The notes beneath the pieces are model-generated. The model was not told the DNA's origin. It did not search any database and was given only the letters and a program-made list of their open reading frames with translations. Shown one piece after another: positions 1 through 13,811 of a stretch of 64,000 nt of DNA; the first letter of the stretch is position 1; every line of letters begins with the position of its first letter. The stretch spans positions 16,678,001 through 16,742,000 of the forward strand of contig NC_088860.1 of NCBI RefSeq assembly GCF_963853765.1, in the 5' to 3' direction. The DNA comes from Magallana gigas. Lineage: Eukaryota. The translations under genes and the position numbers were made by a program.

Positions 1-1734
1 TGATCCCTATATCTAGATATTGTTATTAAACAAATGTTTTTTTTAGCCCCAGGGGCGTTTACGGACAAAAATCGTAGTTTAGAACGTGTCTTTTTGTTCA
101 TATTTTGATAACTTGCTTGAATGATAAATATCGATAGACGAAGAAGATTTGATTTGATGAAAAATGTCACTCTAAATTATTAATGATATTTTGAAACGTT
201 TTAAGACTTGGGGACATTTGTGTACATCCGTTAAATCTTTCCACACAACCCCCTCCTCTTAAATAATAATAAAAATTAAAAAAACGAAAACAGAGATATT
301 GAAATATCTGATAAACTTTGTTATACATAGAATGATGATCAAGTGAGGGTTTTGGAATTGCAGAAAGATAAGTCACACACATAGTCGACATGCTGCGATT
401 TTATCTGATTAACGAAGAGGCGCGAAGAAAATAAAAACGTAAAGGTTCTGATTATACTTAACCGAGAAACCTGGGACAGGGGCAGTTTTTACAACATTAT
501 ACCAGCTATAATGAAAATATCAAAACAAAACCAATCTGCAAATAAATACATGTTATGTATAGCATTCAGCTTTAAAAATGAAAGTGTTTCAGTATATCAA
601 TTACATTTTATCGAGTTAGAAAAGGAGGAAAATTTAATAGATTTATTATGTATACATGCTTATTTGTTTATGGATTTAATCATTCTTTTAAGAAATAACT
701 TTTAAAATATCTCGAAAAGTAAATGGTACATGATAATTTTTGCCCAAAGAATCTTAATTCAAATAGGAGAAATAGCTGTAATTTCACTTATCAATATTGT
801 TTTAAGCATTATGTATTTGGTTAATGGGCAATAATATCAACTCCTCCCAAACAAAATTAGCATTGTTAACAGGAGAAGATTACTGCATGGTTTCTAATTT
901 TAGGGAATAGATGATCTATCGACCGAAAGAAAAGCGATATCCCTAACTTGGAACAATTTTATGCATATATTGATTTAGATACAAACCTATCTAATTGTAT
1001 AGATTATGAGAAAATTCTACTACTCGTTGTGAACTATAAATTTGCTACCTTCATGTTACTATGTTAAAGCTTGAATTAATAGTTAATGTGTTGGACTTAG
1101 TATACTGGGTATCGACATTTTTGTTATTTTTGGGGTGGGGAGGGGGGGGGGGGGAGAAAATGAAGAATACTTGTGGATATGACAAAGATATCTCATTGAA
1201 GCAGAGTAAACAACGTGTTCGATATGTATTTATTTTTTGCACGATTAAGGGGAGGGGGGTAGTTCGATTTTGTTTACCCATAAAATCCTATCTTCCCTAA
1301 GATATTGATTACATTTACATGGCGCGTTAATCTTTAAATACTTATATGTTTTGAACATATTTTATCACATATTATTTACATGTACCATGAATTTAAATAC
1401 AATACTAGTACTCGTACCTATCAATTTACTGAATAGGTTCCCACTATGTATGAATAAAATGAAATACCGTACAACATGATGTAAAGAACTAAAAGGAAAA
1501 AAGAGATACTAGTATATGAAGATCAAAAGGATACTAGAGTACCAACAATGTAAAGGTCTTGTAAATATCTTACAATTTGTTATAAATCTAAGCATAGCAG
1601 GGAAAGGCTTATCGTTGGTTTTATAATCTAAGTTATCCTTTCCCAAAAGAAATTCAGGTATTGAAGAAAGCATTAGAAATTAAAATTGTTTGAATACAAG
1701 GAATAAGTGATTCATGAATGCATGTATATGCTTA

Positions 1735-2042
1735 TATTTACATTTTCCAGTGTCTTTGCCTGTGATAACACTTCGTATCGATTTTGTACTGTATAACTCA
1801 TAAAGCCAAATTGAGGCGCCAGCGGGGTTTGCTTATCCATATTAAAATATTTAATCGTACGATGGTTTAAAATTATATAAATATAAGTAATAAGGAATCA
1901 TTCTTTGAATATTATGAGGAGATAATTTCGGTCGGGGCGTGATCAAATCTATCATAAAGCCCTTCGGATTTATTGGATTTGACCACGCCCCGACCAAAAT
2001 TATCAACTCATAATACTCAAAGAGTAATTCCTTATTCCTTAT
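1735..2042. mobile_element. Fold-back element copy 1: ~150-bp unique arm plus 148-bp imperfect palindrome
   Basis: 1889-2036 folds on itself (AATAAGGAATCATTCTTTGAATATTATGAG...CTCATAATACTCAAAGAGTAATTCCTTATT; inner GGTCGGGGCGTGATCAAATC / GATTTGACCACGCCCCGACC) around a CTTCGG apex. A second copy lies at 5735-6025. Confidence 0.8.
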
Positions 2043-2544
2043 ATCTCGAATCGAACACGGCCTACAGAGTCAATGAGTCAGCGATATTTCTTCTTTGTTT
2101 ACTAAATAAAATCTCAGCAATAGTTTTACGTTAGTTTATAAGAATTACACAGTTTGAGTATTTGTTACTCTTTTACCGTTAAGAAAATATTTTTAAAACT
2201 ATTGCAGTAGTCATCGGTAGAAAAATGTGCCTCTTCCAAACTGGCAAAATGACGTTGCTTTTAGTTCATGTATTAAATTTAAATCCGTATAGGACGATTG
2301 ATTGAATCACAAGTACATGTATAAATCCTTCTGTTCGAAATTAGAATTGATTGAATTTTGCATTTATCCAAGTAGGTATCGGAATAAGTTGAGTTGAGTA
2401 TCCGCTTCAATGAAAATAAGGATGAAATTGAGTTTAATATCCAGGTTGATATTTAGGTTTGATTTTTAATTATTAAGTATCCATTTAGCTGGATATTAGG
2501 ATTTCCTTGAGTTTCGGGACGATTCAGGTATATGTAGATTTAAG

Positions 2545-3016
2545 GATTGATTGAGTTTCGAATCCATTTAGGCAAACACAATGATGGGTTGTCTTCTATA
2601 TCCTTTCAGTTGGATAGCAGGGTTAAAATTGAATCCATTCAATTGGATACTAGGTTTTCTCTGTGATGTTTCTATTCATACGAACATAAGAACCGATTGA
2701 TTTGTATCCAATGAAGATAACGGAATTGTTTGATGTTTGTAATTCTCAAAGTCGTTTCTTGGTTCAACAAGTTTTCGATAGATTGATTGAGTTTCGAATC
2801 CATTTAGGCAAACACAATGATGGGTTGTCTTCTATATCCTTTCAGTTGGATAGCAGGGTTAAAATTGAATCCATTCAATTGGATACTAGGTTTTCTCTGT
2901 GATGATTCTATTCATACGAAAATAAGAACCGATTGATTTGTATCCAATGAAGATAACGGAATTGTTTGATGTTTGTAATTCTCAAAGTCGTTTCTTGGTT
3001 CAACAAGTTTTCGATA
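2545..3016. repeat. Tandem duplication, 2 x 236 bp, 2 mismatches
   Basis: 2545-2780 and 2781-3016 compared base by base; they differ only at gatgTttcta/gatgAttcta and cgaaCataag/cgaaAataag. Confidence 0.95.
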
Positions 3017-5734
3017 GAGGATACGAGAGTGATACTAACGAAGGCGAAATTATTGATTTTAGTTTTATAAGGTTTTTTTTCTATAAGCTTAATGTACATA
3101 GACCTTCTGAAAAGAGAGACAACTCTTACAGATGAAGTTTTCCTATCTTAATCTTTCAAAAATTTCTCAAAATCATTTTGAACTCATTTGGATGTCGATT
3201 CTAATTAAGACTTCGTGTTTTAAAAATCATTATGAAGGAACATCTTTTATACAAGTGTGGGAAAAAATAAGGAACATATTAAAAACAATATAATTGTGCA
3301 AAAATTAAAATACTTAAAAGTACAGAGTGTATTCGCGTTTCTTATTCCTCGGCAATTCAGGTGTTTCACATTGCTTTTCCAGACGATCTAAATCTACAGG
3401 CATGTGTTTGTTTAATAATAGAACTTCAGAGGGTCTTTATTAACTTTACATGCACATTTGAACAATTATATGACTTAATTGAATAACTATCATAATGCAT
3501 GTTGCATGGAATGGTAACAAATTTGATCAGTTGTTTATCTTATCTCGGGCTTACTGTTTCCCGTTTTACACCCCACAAACAAGTCTAAAAATATCCCCCA
3601 CAAAACTTCACAGACCCCCAAGTTGTAACAAATCGTGGAGGCGCAGACAGAGTAAATGCAGCGAAACATGGATAGAAGATAACTTTTTCTCAGAACCTTG
3701 GCTGCATGCAAGACGTATGTCAATACGTATCAAAACACAGAGACAACCCCTTAAAATTTATTCGAAAATAATTAGCATATTCTTCGTCCAATCTCTGTAT
3801 TAGATTTGAAGTCGAAGCAAATTTTCCATGCAAAATTGACCAGGGAACTAAAAGAGTTCAATCAAATACTATTACAGTATGTATTACAAAGAGAACGTTG
3901 CGCCAATATTTTACTATAAACACTGAAATTTCCTATCATGCCCGGATGTACAGGGAGTCAGGTTGGGTCTGGAATTTTTTTAAGAGCCGAGCATGCGTTT
4001 GATCAAAATGCATTCATTATATTTTCAAGGTGACCGACTTAATTTTTGATTGCGCTACAGTATCACTTTGCAGGAATGATATACTAGTATAAATAGTGCC
4101 TTAACTTAGTAACTTTAATGACTACACACTATGGTACAATGTGAATGGAATAGGTTATTTCGTAAAGAATATTGTACATATATGTAAAGGTCGAGGCAAT
4201 TTGCATGATTAAGAAATCAGAAATGCATGTAGTTGTAGTAGCATCCCTTGACTCTTAGCAATATTGTATTACACAACTGTAAGAAGTTTTTTTTTCTAAT
4301 ATTGGCTAAACAAAATCGTGTCGGCAAATGACTTTAAACCTCCTACATAACAACGAGTACATACATCAGGCATTGTCCATAAATTGTTTTATTAAAATAG
4401 AAACGAAATGCGTGCTTCTATAGCAATAATAGTAGAATATTCACTGCAGTATAGTTAAGATGATTAAAACATGTTTGGTTTCTCAAGTCAATACCAAAAT
4501 AGAAAGCTATAAATGCTTACGATAAAAAGGAGTAATTGTATAAAATTTTAGTTTAAATAGTGCAAATGACGTCATAACTGTGATATAACTATATGAAACG
4601 TGTAAATTTTTATGCAAACATGTTAGTTTCGCCACTGTATGCAACTTGACGTATTTTGTCAGAATTCACATGCGTCGACATAATGGCAGTATGATTGACC
4701 ACCTACATACAGGTATATGTTTATAAAATGTTAGTATAAACCATTTTTCTAAAATACCTGCGCACATACGTGGTGGTCATGAATGGTATCAATGCGCGCT
4801 CTGTATCATTCTGATCCAGGAAACTCGAAGGGATGTACATTTATTACAATACAATACATGCAAATACCACAGTACCCCAACGCCTTTCTAACAGAGGCGA
4901 ATAACCCTCTCAATCAACATTAAAGGCTAACGCTCTCCGAGTAGCAAAACATGGCTTTCGACTCCCAAAAGATCAAGGGACTGCAAGCCATTCATAACCT
5001 GTGCTTTTTTCGCTGCATAGTTTGGCACGTCCTTCAGTGATAGCCTTAGTGGCTCACTTAATACCAAACTTTATCTCTAAAATGCGTTAATCAGGGAATA
5101 TAACGAACATTTCCATCGATTCCAAATCCATAAATACGACATAATATTCTCAGAGTAGCCATAAAGTAGTCTTTTTATTGTCGTAAAATAATAAAGCTGG
5201 GGTGAAGTAAGGTGAAGTCGTAAAGTTTGTTGGTTTGATTGTCGTAAGTGAGATTGTCATCGCTAACGATGCTCAGTCACAAGTATTTTGTTGAAGCTTT
5301 GACTCGTTAGCAAACCTCATAGAAATAATTGTGTTTGAAGTGCAGCTATTCTCTATTTTACCATTTCTATCACATGTACAAAAAAAGAGACTCGATACAG
5401 ATATCATCACTGAGCCATTTTAACAAGATCATGGCATGGACTTGGAATAGTTTGAGACCACCAAACTGAGTACAACTCATTTGTTGTAGCCATACGCCAT
5501 AGCCATCTAGTATTCTTAAGTTAATTGTCGGACATACAATATATGACAAATTATTGTCATATATTACGAGAATTAATCAATTTACGCCATTTGTAATGGG
5601 ACAAAGACTGTCCATCTATACAAAAGGTGTACTACAGCTGTAACGAGGTCACTGACTCTAATGGCATTTTTCCATGTAAGTTCTAATTTAAAAAAAGTCC
5701 CTAAATATATATACAATTTAATCATATACTGGTG

Positions 5735-6025
5735 TATTTACATTTTCCAGTGTCTCTGTCTGTGATAACACTAAGAATCGATTTTGTAACGTACAGTCCA
5801 ATACATTTCATGATATCAATGACTATTTTGACGGCCAATTGTACAAATGCTGAAAATTATATAAATATAAGTAATAAGGAATCATTCTTTGAATATTATG
5901 AGGTGATCAAATACGGTCGGTTGTGATCAAATCGATCATAAAACCCTTCGGACTCTATTCGATTTTATCACCCCGACCATATACGATCACGTTAAAATTC
6001 TCAAAGAATGATTCCTTATTCCTTA
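5735..6025. mobile_element. Fold-back element copy 2 (more diverged)
   Basis: Shares TATTTACATTTTCCAGTGTCT...TGTGATAACAC...ATCGATTTTGTA with 1735-1790, and AAAATTATATAAATATAAGTAATAAGGAATCATTCTTTGAATATTATGAGG with 1869-1919. The palindrome 5873-6020 is also 148 bp with a CCTTCGG apex. Confidence 0.78.
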
Positions 6026-8305
6026 AATAGAGCCTTTATACCTTACATTTTTCTAAATAGCTTAAATCACAAAGTCAAAATTTCTTTTCGCGGATAGATT
6101 GTTGGCAGGTTCCCACTCGGAAGTTCTTGTGATTTTACCCTTTACCATGATTATCAATTACAATATTTTTACAACCGATGATATGTTCAATGTAGAAACG
6201 AGTAAAACTGTTTATTTTTTTTCTCAGTAAATACATGTAATTCCTACTAGCCTTGTGATCAATAAATATGGCATGTATTTTCTAAAAGAGCCAGTTAATG
6301 CATGGATTAATTTTACTGAATAGCGTAGGAAATATCCCTGATTTTCACATATATTCTCTAACATTACTGAACATTATTACCGTGTAGAATTAATCTAATA
6401 TAACAACATACTAGTATGACTTTTATGAATTTCTTGGGAGCTAAAACCGATTGGTTTTAAGAAACGAATTTTGCCTATTAAATGGTTTTGTGTTGCAAGA
6501 TGATGGAACACAACCTATTACCACTTTCGGATTATTGTCTGGAAATGACTGTAGAAGAACTGTTGTTTAGCGTACTTATTGATAGATTATAAAGAGGAAA
6601 TTGTAATCTTAGCATCTACCGCCGCTTCCTTTTTGGTGAACCCTTTGTCCTTCAGTCTGAACTGCTTCAAAGGACCTTGGTTTTCAGCCACTTTTGCGCA
6701 TCTCTACTTAAAAATAGTTCCGTTACACTTGTTATACATTGTGTTGCTTGTTGTTCCTACCAACCTACTTTGACATTTTACGAATCAGAGGCCACGACCT
6801 TACATCAGAACGTTGTACACCATGATACAGATATACATGTATGTACCATGATCTAAGCATCTTTATCGCGTATATATAGGAACGGGGATGACTTGTCTCT
6901 AAATGCAAACACCTTCATCCTGCAAACACAACAATACGCCTTTACATCGTAAAACAATATGTGACTCGCAAATTAGACCGCAATTATAACTTTCTCATAT
7001 CGTATTGGCCACAGTTGCCAGTGTTACGAGATATCTCTGTTCTGAACACTTCCAAATTCCCTTTTGCTGATTGTTGTAATTTTATGTAAATATTCGCCAG
7101 TCTTCAGACAAATACTCAATGTCTTTCAGTCAACAGGACTAGTCGCTTATCGACATTCCTCCCCAATCCAATTTAGAGGGGATTTTGCTCCAGACCGTTA
7201 GCCTTATTCCCGTATGGAAATGAAATCTTCGGAAAGTTTAATTCTGTCACTTAGGCGGTATGCCACATCTCATATATATTTTGTTTTTCTACAAAAGTCG
7301 GATGACAATTCTAGACTTTTTGTAAGATATTTTTTGTCCCCACTTCATTTGTACCTGAAGGATTTAGCATGATTTTAGGTATCATTGTTAAAAAAAAAAA
7401 ACAAACCCAGGGTTTTTTTTTCTTCATAAAACTGTTCCTCAAGCACTTGAATAGTACTTGAATGTATTACGTTACTACATGTACCTGTTTACGTCATCTG
7501 ATTCAAAAGACGTTTGTTTATTCAAAGGTTCTCGAATAAGATGGATGACGATCAATTTGCAATACACGTTAATGCAACCATCCTAGATTTAACCATAAGT
7601 TTACGCTTTCTGGACCCGTCCCTTGTCGATATTCTATTCTACATTGCCTCTCGCAGCTCTTGCATCACACACCTGTAATTATTCTATTGTCTCGCATGAG
7701 CAAGACAGATAAAGCATTGTCTTACACATAAAGGAGACCAAATTGCAGGCTTAAAGTGAACAATTATTGTACGAGACCCTCATTGGAAAGGTCTGCTGTC
7801 TTGTATTATAGTAAATACGCCTAATTGAGCGACGCTGTCTTCAATCGATACAAAATGCTTCCACCTTGATTACTGGCGGGAAGTTCCATAATCCGGGGAA
7901 CCAATGAGGAGAGAATGGGAATCTTTGGTCATAAATAATAAAGTAAAAGCAAGAATAGTTCTAGGTCGGTCAAGTGATTTCTTCTATTATAGTCTAAACA
8001 GGTATACAAGCTCAAACAATTTAGACAGCGCAGTTGTACATGCTTCTTTCTGGGTCTGTGTCTACATCGCTTTGTCACGGGTTCGATTTTGTGTCGTTGT
8101 TTTTCATTGTTATTCCAGGAGTGACCACTTAGCCAAATAAGGTGAGATATACCTGTATGTGTATTTAGTTATTACATCCCGAATAAGAAGTGTTACCAGA
8201 AAAACTGAATTAAAGATAAAAAAAAATCATAGAATATAAAATTAGGCCTTGTATTTATCGATTTTAAAGGCATTTTTGTTTTATTTTAATGAATGGGTTT
8301 CAGTT

Positions 8306-9810
8306 GGGCCTAACAAAAAAAATTGTGTGTTTCGGGTAACCCGACCTAACCTACAAAAATGGCCCGATCCTACCATTTTTAGACAGTGTTTTAAAAATTT
8401 CCCCAGGCCGATTTTGCATGGCGGTACCGCCATGCATTGAAGATCCCCCGCCATGCATCACACAATGCCGCCATGCTTCCCGCTATGCATGTTTATTTCA
8501 AAGCAAAATTCTTTTTCCAATTATTACACATCTTAACTGTAATTAGTAGATATAAAGTTGTCGTTTCTCCGCTCAAACTTCAGGAAAAACACTTGCACCC
8601 GCAGTGAGCGCAGTTAATTTCGACATCGATCTCAGCAAGGGGGCACACGTGGTTTACTGTTTAAGGACTAAGCTTATGATTAAGATAAATTAAAACTGAG
8701 TTTATCAATTGGTGATTAATGCATAAATAGAGACGTGATTACTTCTTGTTTTAATATAATGTGCTTTTTTCGACATCTCCGCCATTATCGAATGTTGTGG
8801 ATTTTCCAAAATCTAAAAATAGCACAATGTTCACTCGATGGAGTTAGCTTGGATTCGATGTGCTTGAACTCTTTATTTGCCGCAAGGATATTGGAAACTT
8901 GAAAAAATGTACATAATAAAGAAAGAAAAAACTACAGTTATTTGCAGAAATGCACGGAAGCGATGTCACATGACAAGAAACATCGTATATTGTATGCCTA
9001 TGAAAATGATTGACTGTGTACATACACATAAACGGGGAAGGGGACTGGTGTCAAGATATCACAGAAACTTTCATATGGACCCCAATTTAAACAAGAAATA
9101 TTAACTGCCCAGAATAAGTTGAATCAAGTTTGCTGTAATTGTATGGACTTGTTCTGCCTATTTCTTGTTCAACACCCCCTAAAAAAATCTCTTCTATATA
9201 ATATGTAGAAGAAGGAGTGGGACAGAAGCTGATGTTGAACTGCCATGTGAATCTATATTTCTTGTGTTTTGTGAAAACTTGTGAGGACCAACCTTTTAAA
9301 AAACTCATTTTGAAAAAAAATGTTATTAGTTTTGCCAGAAAAAAAACAGAAAAATTGTATATTAATTAAATATACACAGATATTAAAATATAATTATGAA
9401 TTGAAATGATACTTGTTGATGTAGATTTCATGAAAATGCATCAGTTATAGTACATATCATGTAGTACGTTTCATCAAATGGTTATACTATTACACACAGT
9501 GATTTCGCCGGCTTAGGCGCTTTAATGCCGCACCTTGCACTTACTCTGACAACCCCCCCCCATGCTTCAAAAATTTTCTGGGGAAAACACTGTAATTACA
9601 GTCTATTACAGTGTAATAGATGTCTGATTTTATCCGATTGTGATTTTATCTTATTTCCAATAAAAACTACGTTTTTAAATATGAAACAAACAAACATTCT
9701 TAGGATTCATACAAAAAAAAAATATGATAAAATAAAAAAAATTCCCTACCTACCTAACCTAATTTTTTCATCAATGTTACCCTAAACACACAATTTTTTT
9801 TGTTAGGCCT
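8306..9810. mobile_element. Non-autonomous TIR DNA transposon (RGGCC termini; Kolobok-like, family uncertain)
   Basis: 35-bp TIRs 33/35 identical: GGGCCTAACAAAAAAAATTGTGTGTTTCGGGTAAC (8306-8340) and GTTACCCTAAACACACAATTTTTTTTGTTAGGCCT (9776-9810). Subterminal CCTA(A/C)CCTA motifs at both ends. No intact TSD seen. Confidence 0.75.
8384..9592. mobile_element. hAT-like non-autonomous element nested in the 8306-9810 element
   Basis: Left end CAGTGTTTT[AAAAATTT]CCCCAG versus right end CTGGGGAAAACACTG (reverse complement CAGTGTTTTCCCCAG). Subterminal palindrome CATGGCGGTACCGCCATG and repeated CCGCCATGC. The 8-bp flanks match only 5/8 (TTTTTAGA/TAATTACA). Confidence 0.62.
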
Positions 9811-11907
9811 TGACGAGATTAAACGATCTTCATAGTTTGAATTCGTTCGTTACCAAAAACAAAAATCAAGATACATTTGTTTAATGTATTAGAATCAAGC
9901 GTGCGTTCAGTTCCTTATGATTGCGTGATCAATGTGAGAAAAAATTTCATGCCGAGCTGGACACCAAAGCCATAACACCATTTTAAAACCGCAGGATTAC
10001 CCTGCTGCAAGGCAAATACGTCTCGTGAGTCCGGCAGTGTTGTCCTGGCCAATTCTTCTAATTTAAGTGATTGGTTCATCAAATCTAATAGAATGATAAA
10101 AAAAAAGATAGAGTCATCAGACATAATGCATTAAGTTTGTCTCGACACTAATGTCAATTTAATCGCTTTAATGTAAAGTTGGGCAATTATTGAACTCTAA
10201 TGATCCCGCTGACCACTGCCATACAGGCGATGCCGTCCAATTCAGCTATTGATTTTTGGGATATTAAACATGCAAATAATTTATATATTCTAATTGTTTT
10301 GTGATGAAAACACCCCAGAGAATCTTACTTTGAAATTCATATCGTTGAGTACAATTAGGTGAACTGAATGGGTCGACCTATAACATTGTAGTGTGGAACT
10401 TGGTTAATTCGCGTTCTTTTTAAATAATGGATTACTAGTATGCGCACAATTACTGTTTATTTAACTCATAAGCACTTCTTATATACTTCAATATGTAAAA
10501 TAAAAGAATAATATTATGTGCCCATATTCTGTAAAAACACCAAGTCTGCAACTGTCTCTATTTCTGGTCGATTTAACCCATCGGAAGTATTCAAATATTG
10601 ATTTATTCATATTAAACTTATTCATAGACATAATAACCCTCTATCTAGGAATGTAAACTGTTAAAATACATGTACATGAGCGTATTTTCATTTGAACCAA
10701 GCCAAGGGGAGACGATCGGTGGCAGTGGCAAGGTGCGGAGATTGAGGATTTTATTGTGCAAAGGACAGAATATTAGAAGATTGAGAATGCACGTGATTCC
10801 GAGATACCGGTATTAGGGTACAATGTGTGCGAAAACATGTACATAAAGGGGAGGGGGTTGTCTTGCATGGCCAATGACTATCAACCCCCCAACCCTCATT
10901 CCCTGAATCTCAACTCCCCTTTGCGAACTTATTGTGAGCTCTACTCATTATGACGTTTTTGGGATTTTATTAGATGAATTCTATCTTATTTCTCTGCTCC
11001 TGGTTTGGAATTCAATTTTCTTTCACTCACTTACGTTTGATGGATTGTGGAGCATTGGTCTAGCGACCTTCCTCCTCTTCCTAACGCAAGCCAGCACGTA
11101 CAGGCAGTGTCAAAAGACCATGCGGAGTAAAATTGAGCCTAAGTACTTGACAGAGGGTTTCCGTCATATATTGCTTTTTGACAATCTTTGAAGGAATGCA
11201 ATCTCATGTGATTTACGTTTGGCTTAAGATCTAAATGACAAGTGCTGATATGGATAGATCGGAAGAGATGATTGCACCGAAATCTAATGGTAGATCAAAG
11301 TCACGAAAAAAGTAAGTCTTTAATCAAAGAAAATATATCAATTAGCCCCATGTGGCTCTTTGTCCATCATCATTTAGGATCTTTAACAATTGGACGTTCA
11401 AAGATTCTTGATTGATTGATGAACAGATTTTTTAAAGATTGATTGATTAATCGATTCCTTAATTGTTTGGTCGATTTACGTACGTACGTGTCAAATTTAC
11501 GAAACATCCTAGATTATTTATTCAAATGTATCATAATATACAATTACATTTTCATTCAAAATATTGGTGCGGATTCTTCTTATAAACGTTATATTTACTA
11601 ATAAGTTATTTAGTGAATAAACTCATTTCATTTCTCTCTCATCATTTCCCATGTGATTGATTTTTCTGTAAGTTATAATTTATGAAAGAGTGAAATTCTT
11701 ACTCCAAGTAACATATTTTCTCTCTTCACCTTGTTTTTGCATCACAAATGTATAAACAGATGATCAAATTTCCTTATTTAACCATGAAAAACTATTTTAA
11801 AACTGAATTAAAATATTCATTGGAGATTTAGAGCATTTGTTATTTTGCGGAAATCAACTTTTCAGTCTAAATTCTATTCACAAGGCTGTATGTCTTCCTG
11901 TTATTTA

Positions 11908-11911
<4 letters not shown>

Positions 11912-11992
<81 letters not shown>
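11912..11992. repeat. (TC)40 microsatellite
   Basis: Direct reading. Confidence 0.97.
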
Positions 11993-11996
<4 letters not shown>

Positions 11997-13628
11997 ACAT
12001 ACTCCGTAATAACGCTCGAAAATAGTAAACCTTTTTAATATCACTTAATGCATACACGATTTTTACCAAACCTGATACCGGCATTTGTTGGATACCCACG
12101 GATGAACACACCTTGTAAGGCGTGGGCATTCGACGATGTGTTACAGACCGTACCAGCAGAGCTGGTTGTAATTAATAAAGATTATATTGTTTTTACTGAT
12201 AAAATAAAATCTGGGTTAGTCGTTTATCAGACTGGGACATCAAAAAACCCATTAAATGGCCCCAGGCAAACCTTGTACACTATTTGAAGATATTTGTACA
12301 TTTAGAATTTTCTGCAGAGTTTAATTGGGATAATATTGATATAAATGATCGAAATTTTGGGTCTCTAAGATAAGATTTTTTTTTATCTTTTCAGTTAATT
12401 AAAAAGAAATATTCATATGTATACAAACGTTTCCTTCATTAGAAATTTGCTTACGTTATACGTTGAATTATAGCATGTTTGTGTACAAACGATAAAAGAG
12501 CTTACAATGAAGCAGGCTTTACAGACGTGAACGTTTTACAGACCCTTTTCCAATTATTGGGAAAGGATCATTAATATTCATACCACATGCTGTATAATTC
12601 GATCCCAATTCTGTTTTTTTTATTTTTAAATTTGTGTTTTGTTTATTGCCCTGAGAAGTTATTATCAATAAAACTGAAAGTAAATAGAGCATACACATAG
12701 CAATATATTTAATTCATATGATGTATGACTATTTTACCTTTGTAGCTAAGTAATGAATTTTGTGAAGGTCAAACATCATTTTCGCGTAATTTACGCGAAT
12801 TTATCAACAACAAAAAACCACCACCTTCCTACCCCCCCCCCCCCCAAATAAATAAAAACAAACAAACAAAACAAACAAAAAATTAAATGAATAAACACAT
12901 CATACCGTTATCCTACAGCTGATGAAAATACATTTCATCACAGCACAAATGTCGTATATCTGATTCGGTAATGAGATACTCTCCGACTGCAGCATGGGAA
13001 TTATAATCTTTTTAGTAGGTTGTTGAACTTGCTGTGTTGAATATCGTAACGAGTTGGTAGGAAGCAATATTGGGAATGAAACTGTACACTTTGACACCCG
13101 TCGAGTTCAACAGTTCCTTAATGTTTTTTCAAAGTGTTTCTTTTGTCACCAGGTCGCGCCACGAAACTTAGCGCGTATTGATAAAGATATAAAGCAGTGT
13201 ATCTATATTTAATAATACCTGGCAATTTTACACGATTCCAGGGTTCAAACATCAAGCGTTTTGCTTATGATTCATATTGAGTATGCAAACTAATTCGACA
13301 TAATTTCAGAGAAATACAGCATGTATATCATATAGGGTCAAGAGGTCAAGGGCACTTCAATTTTTTCCTCTAACTAATCAAAAAAAGCAGTTTACTGGGA
13401 AATTGAAAATAAATGTCCACGGAAATGTAAAATTAATGATTTCATGATATTTACATTAATTGATCATATCGGTATTTCATCATAGTATTGTATCTATTAA
13501 AGCGCATAGCCGATTTCAATGAACTAAGACTGAAAGTTTGCAAATGTTCCAATCATACAACAAACGTTGGCGATTTTACATGTGATTATACATTGATGTA
13601 ATGGTTATCGATCACCAAATGCCTAATA

Positions 13629-13811
13629 CAGTAAAACAAGCTTATAACGAAGTGCCAGAGATGGGTGATTTTGCTTTGTTATAAGCTTTGTTTGCTTCGT
13701 TATGTTCTTCAAGTTTACAACATGTTATAAAGTCACCGGGAATGAACGCAAATCACTTTGCTGTAAGCGTCAATTCATTATAAGCGTGTTCGCTATAACC
13801 GTATTTTACAG
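13629..13811. mobile_element. Tc1/mariner (pogo/Tigger-type) MITE, 183 bp
   Basis: TA on both flanks. 23-bp TIRs 18/23 identical (CAGTAAAACAAGCTTATAACGAA / TTCGCTATAACCGTATTTTACAG). Internal TTATAAGC repeats. Confidence 0.8.

Noticed and set aside
6560-7260. Minus-strand snippets resembling a hAT-associated TTF zinc finger (NFPKISFPYGNK; LFYDVKAYCCVCR; DKGFTKKEA)
   Set aside because: They lie in different frames, spacing is far longer than in the domain, and there are many stops; cannot be supported without a profile search.
12781-12799. 19-bp palindrome TTCGCGTAATTTACGCGAA
   Set aside because: Real but short and isolated, with no flanking structure to interpret.
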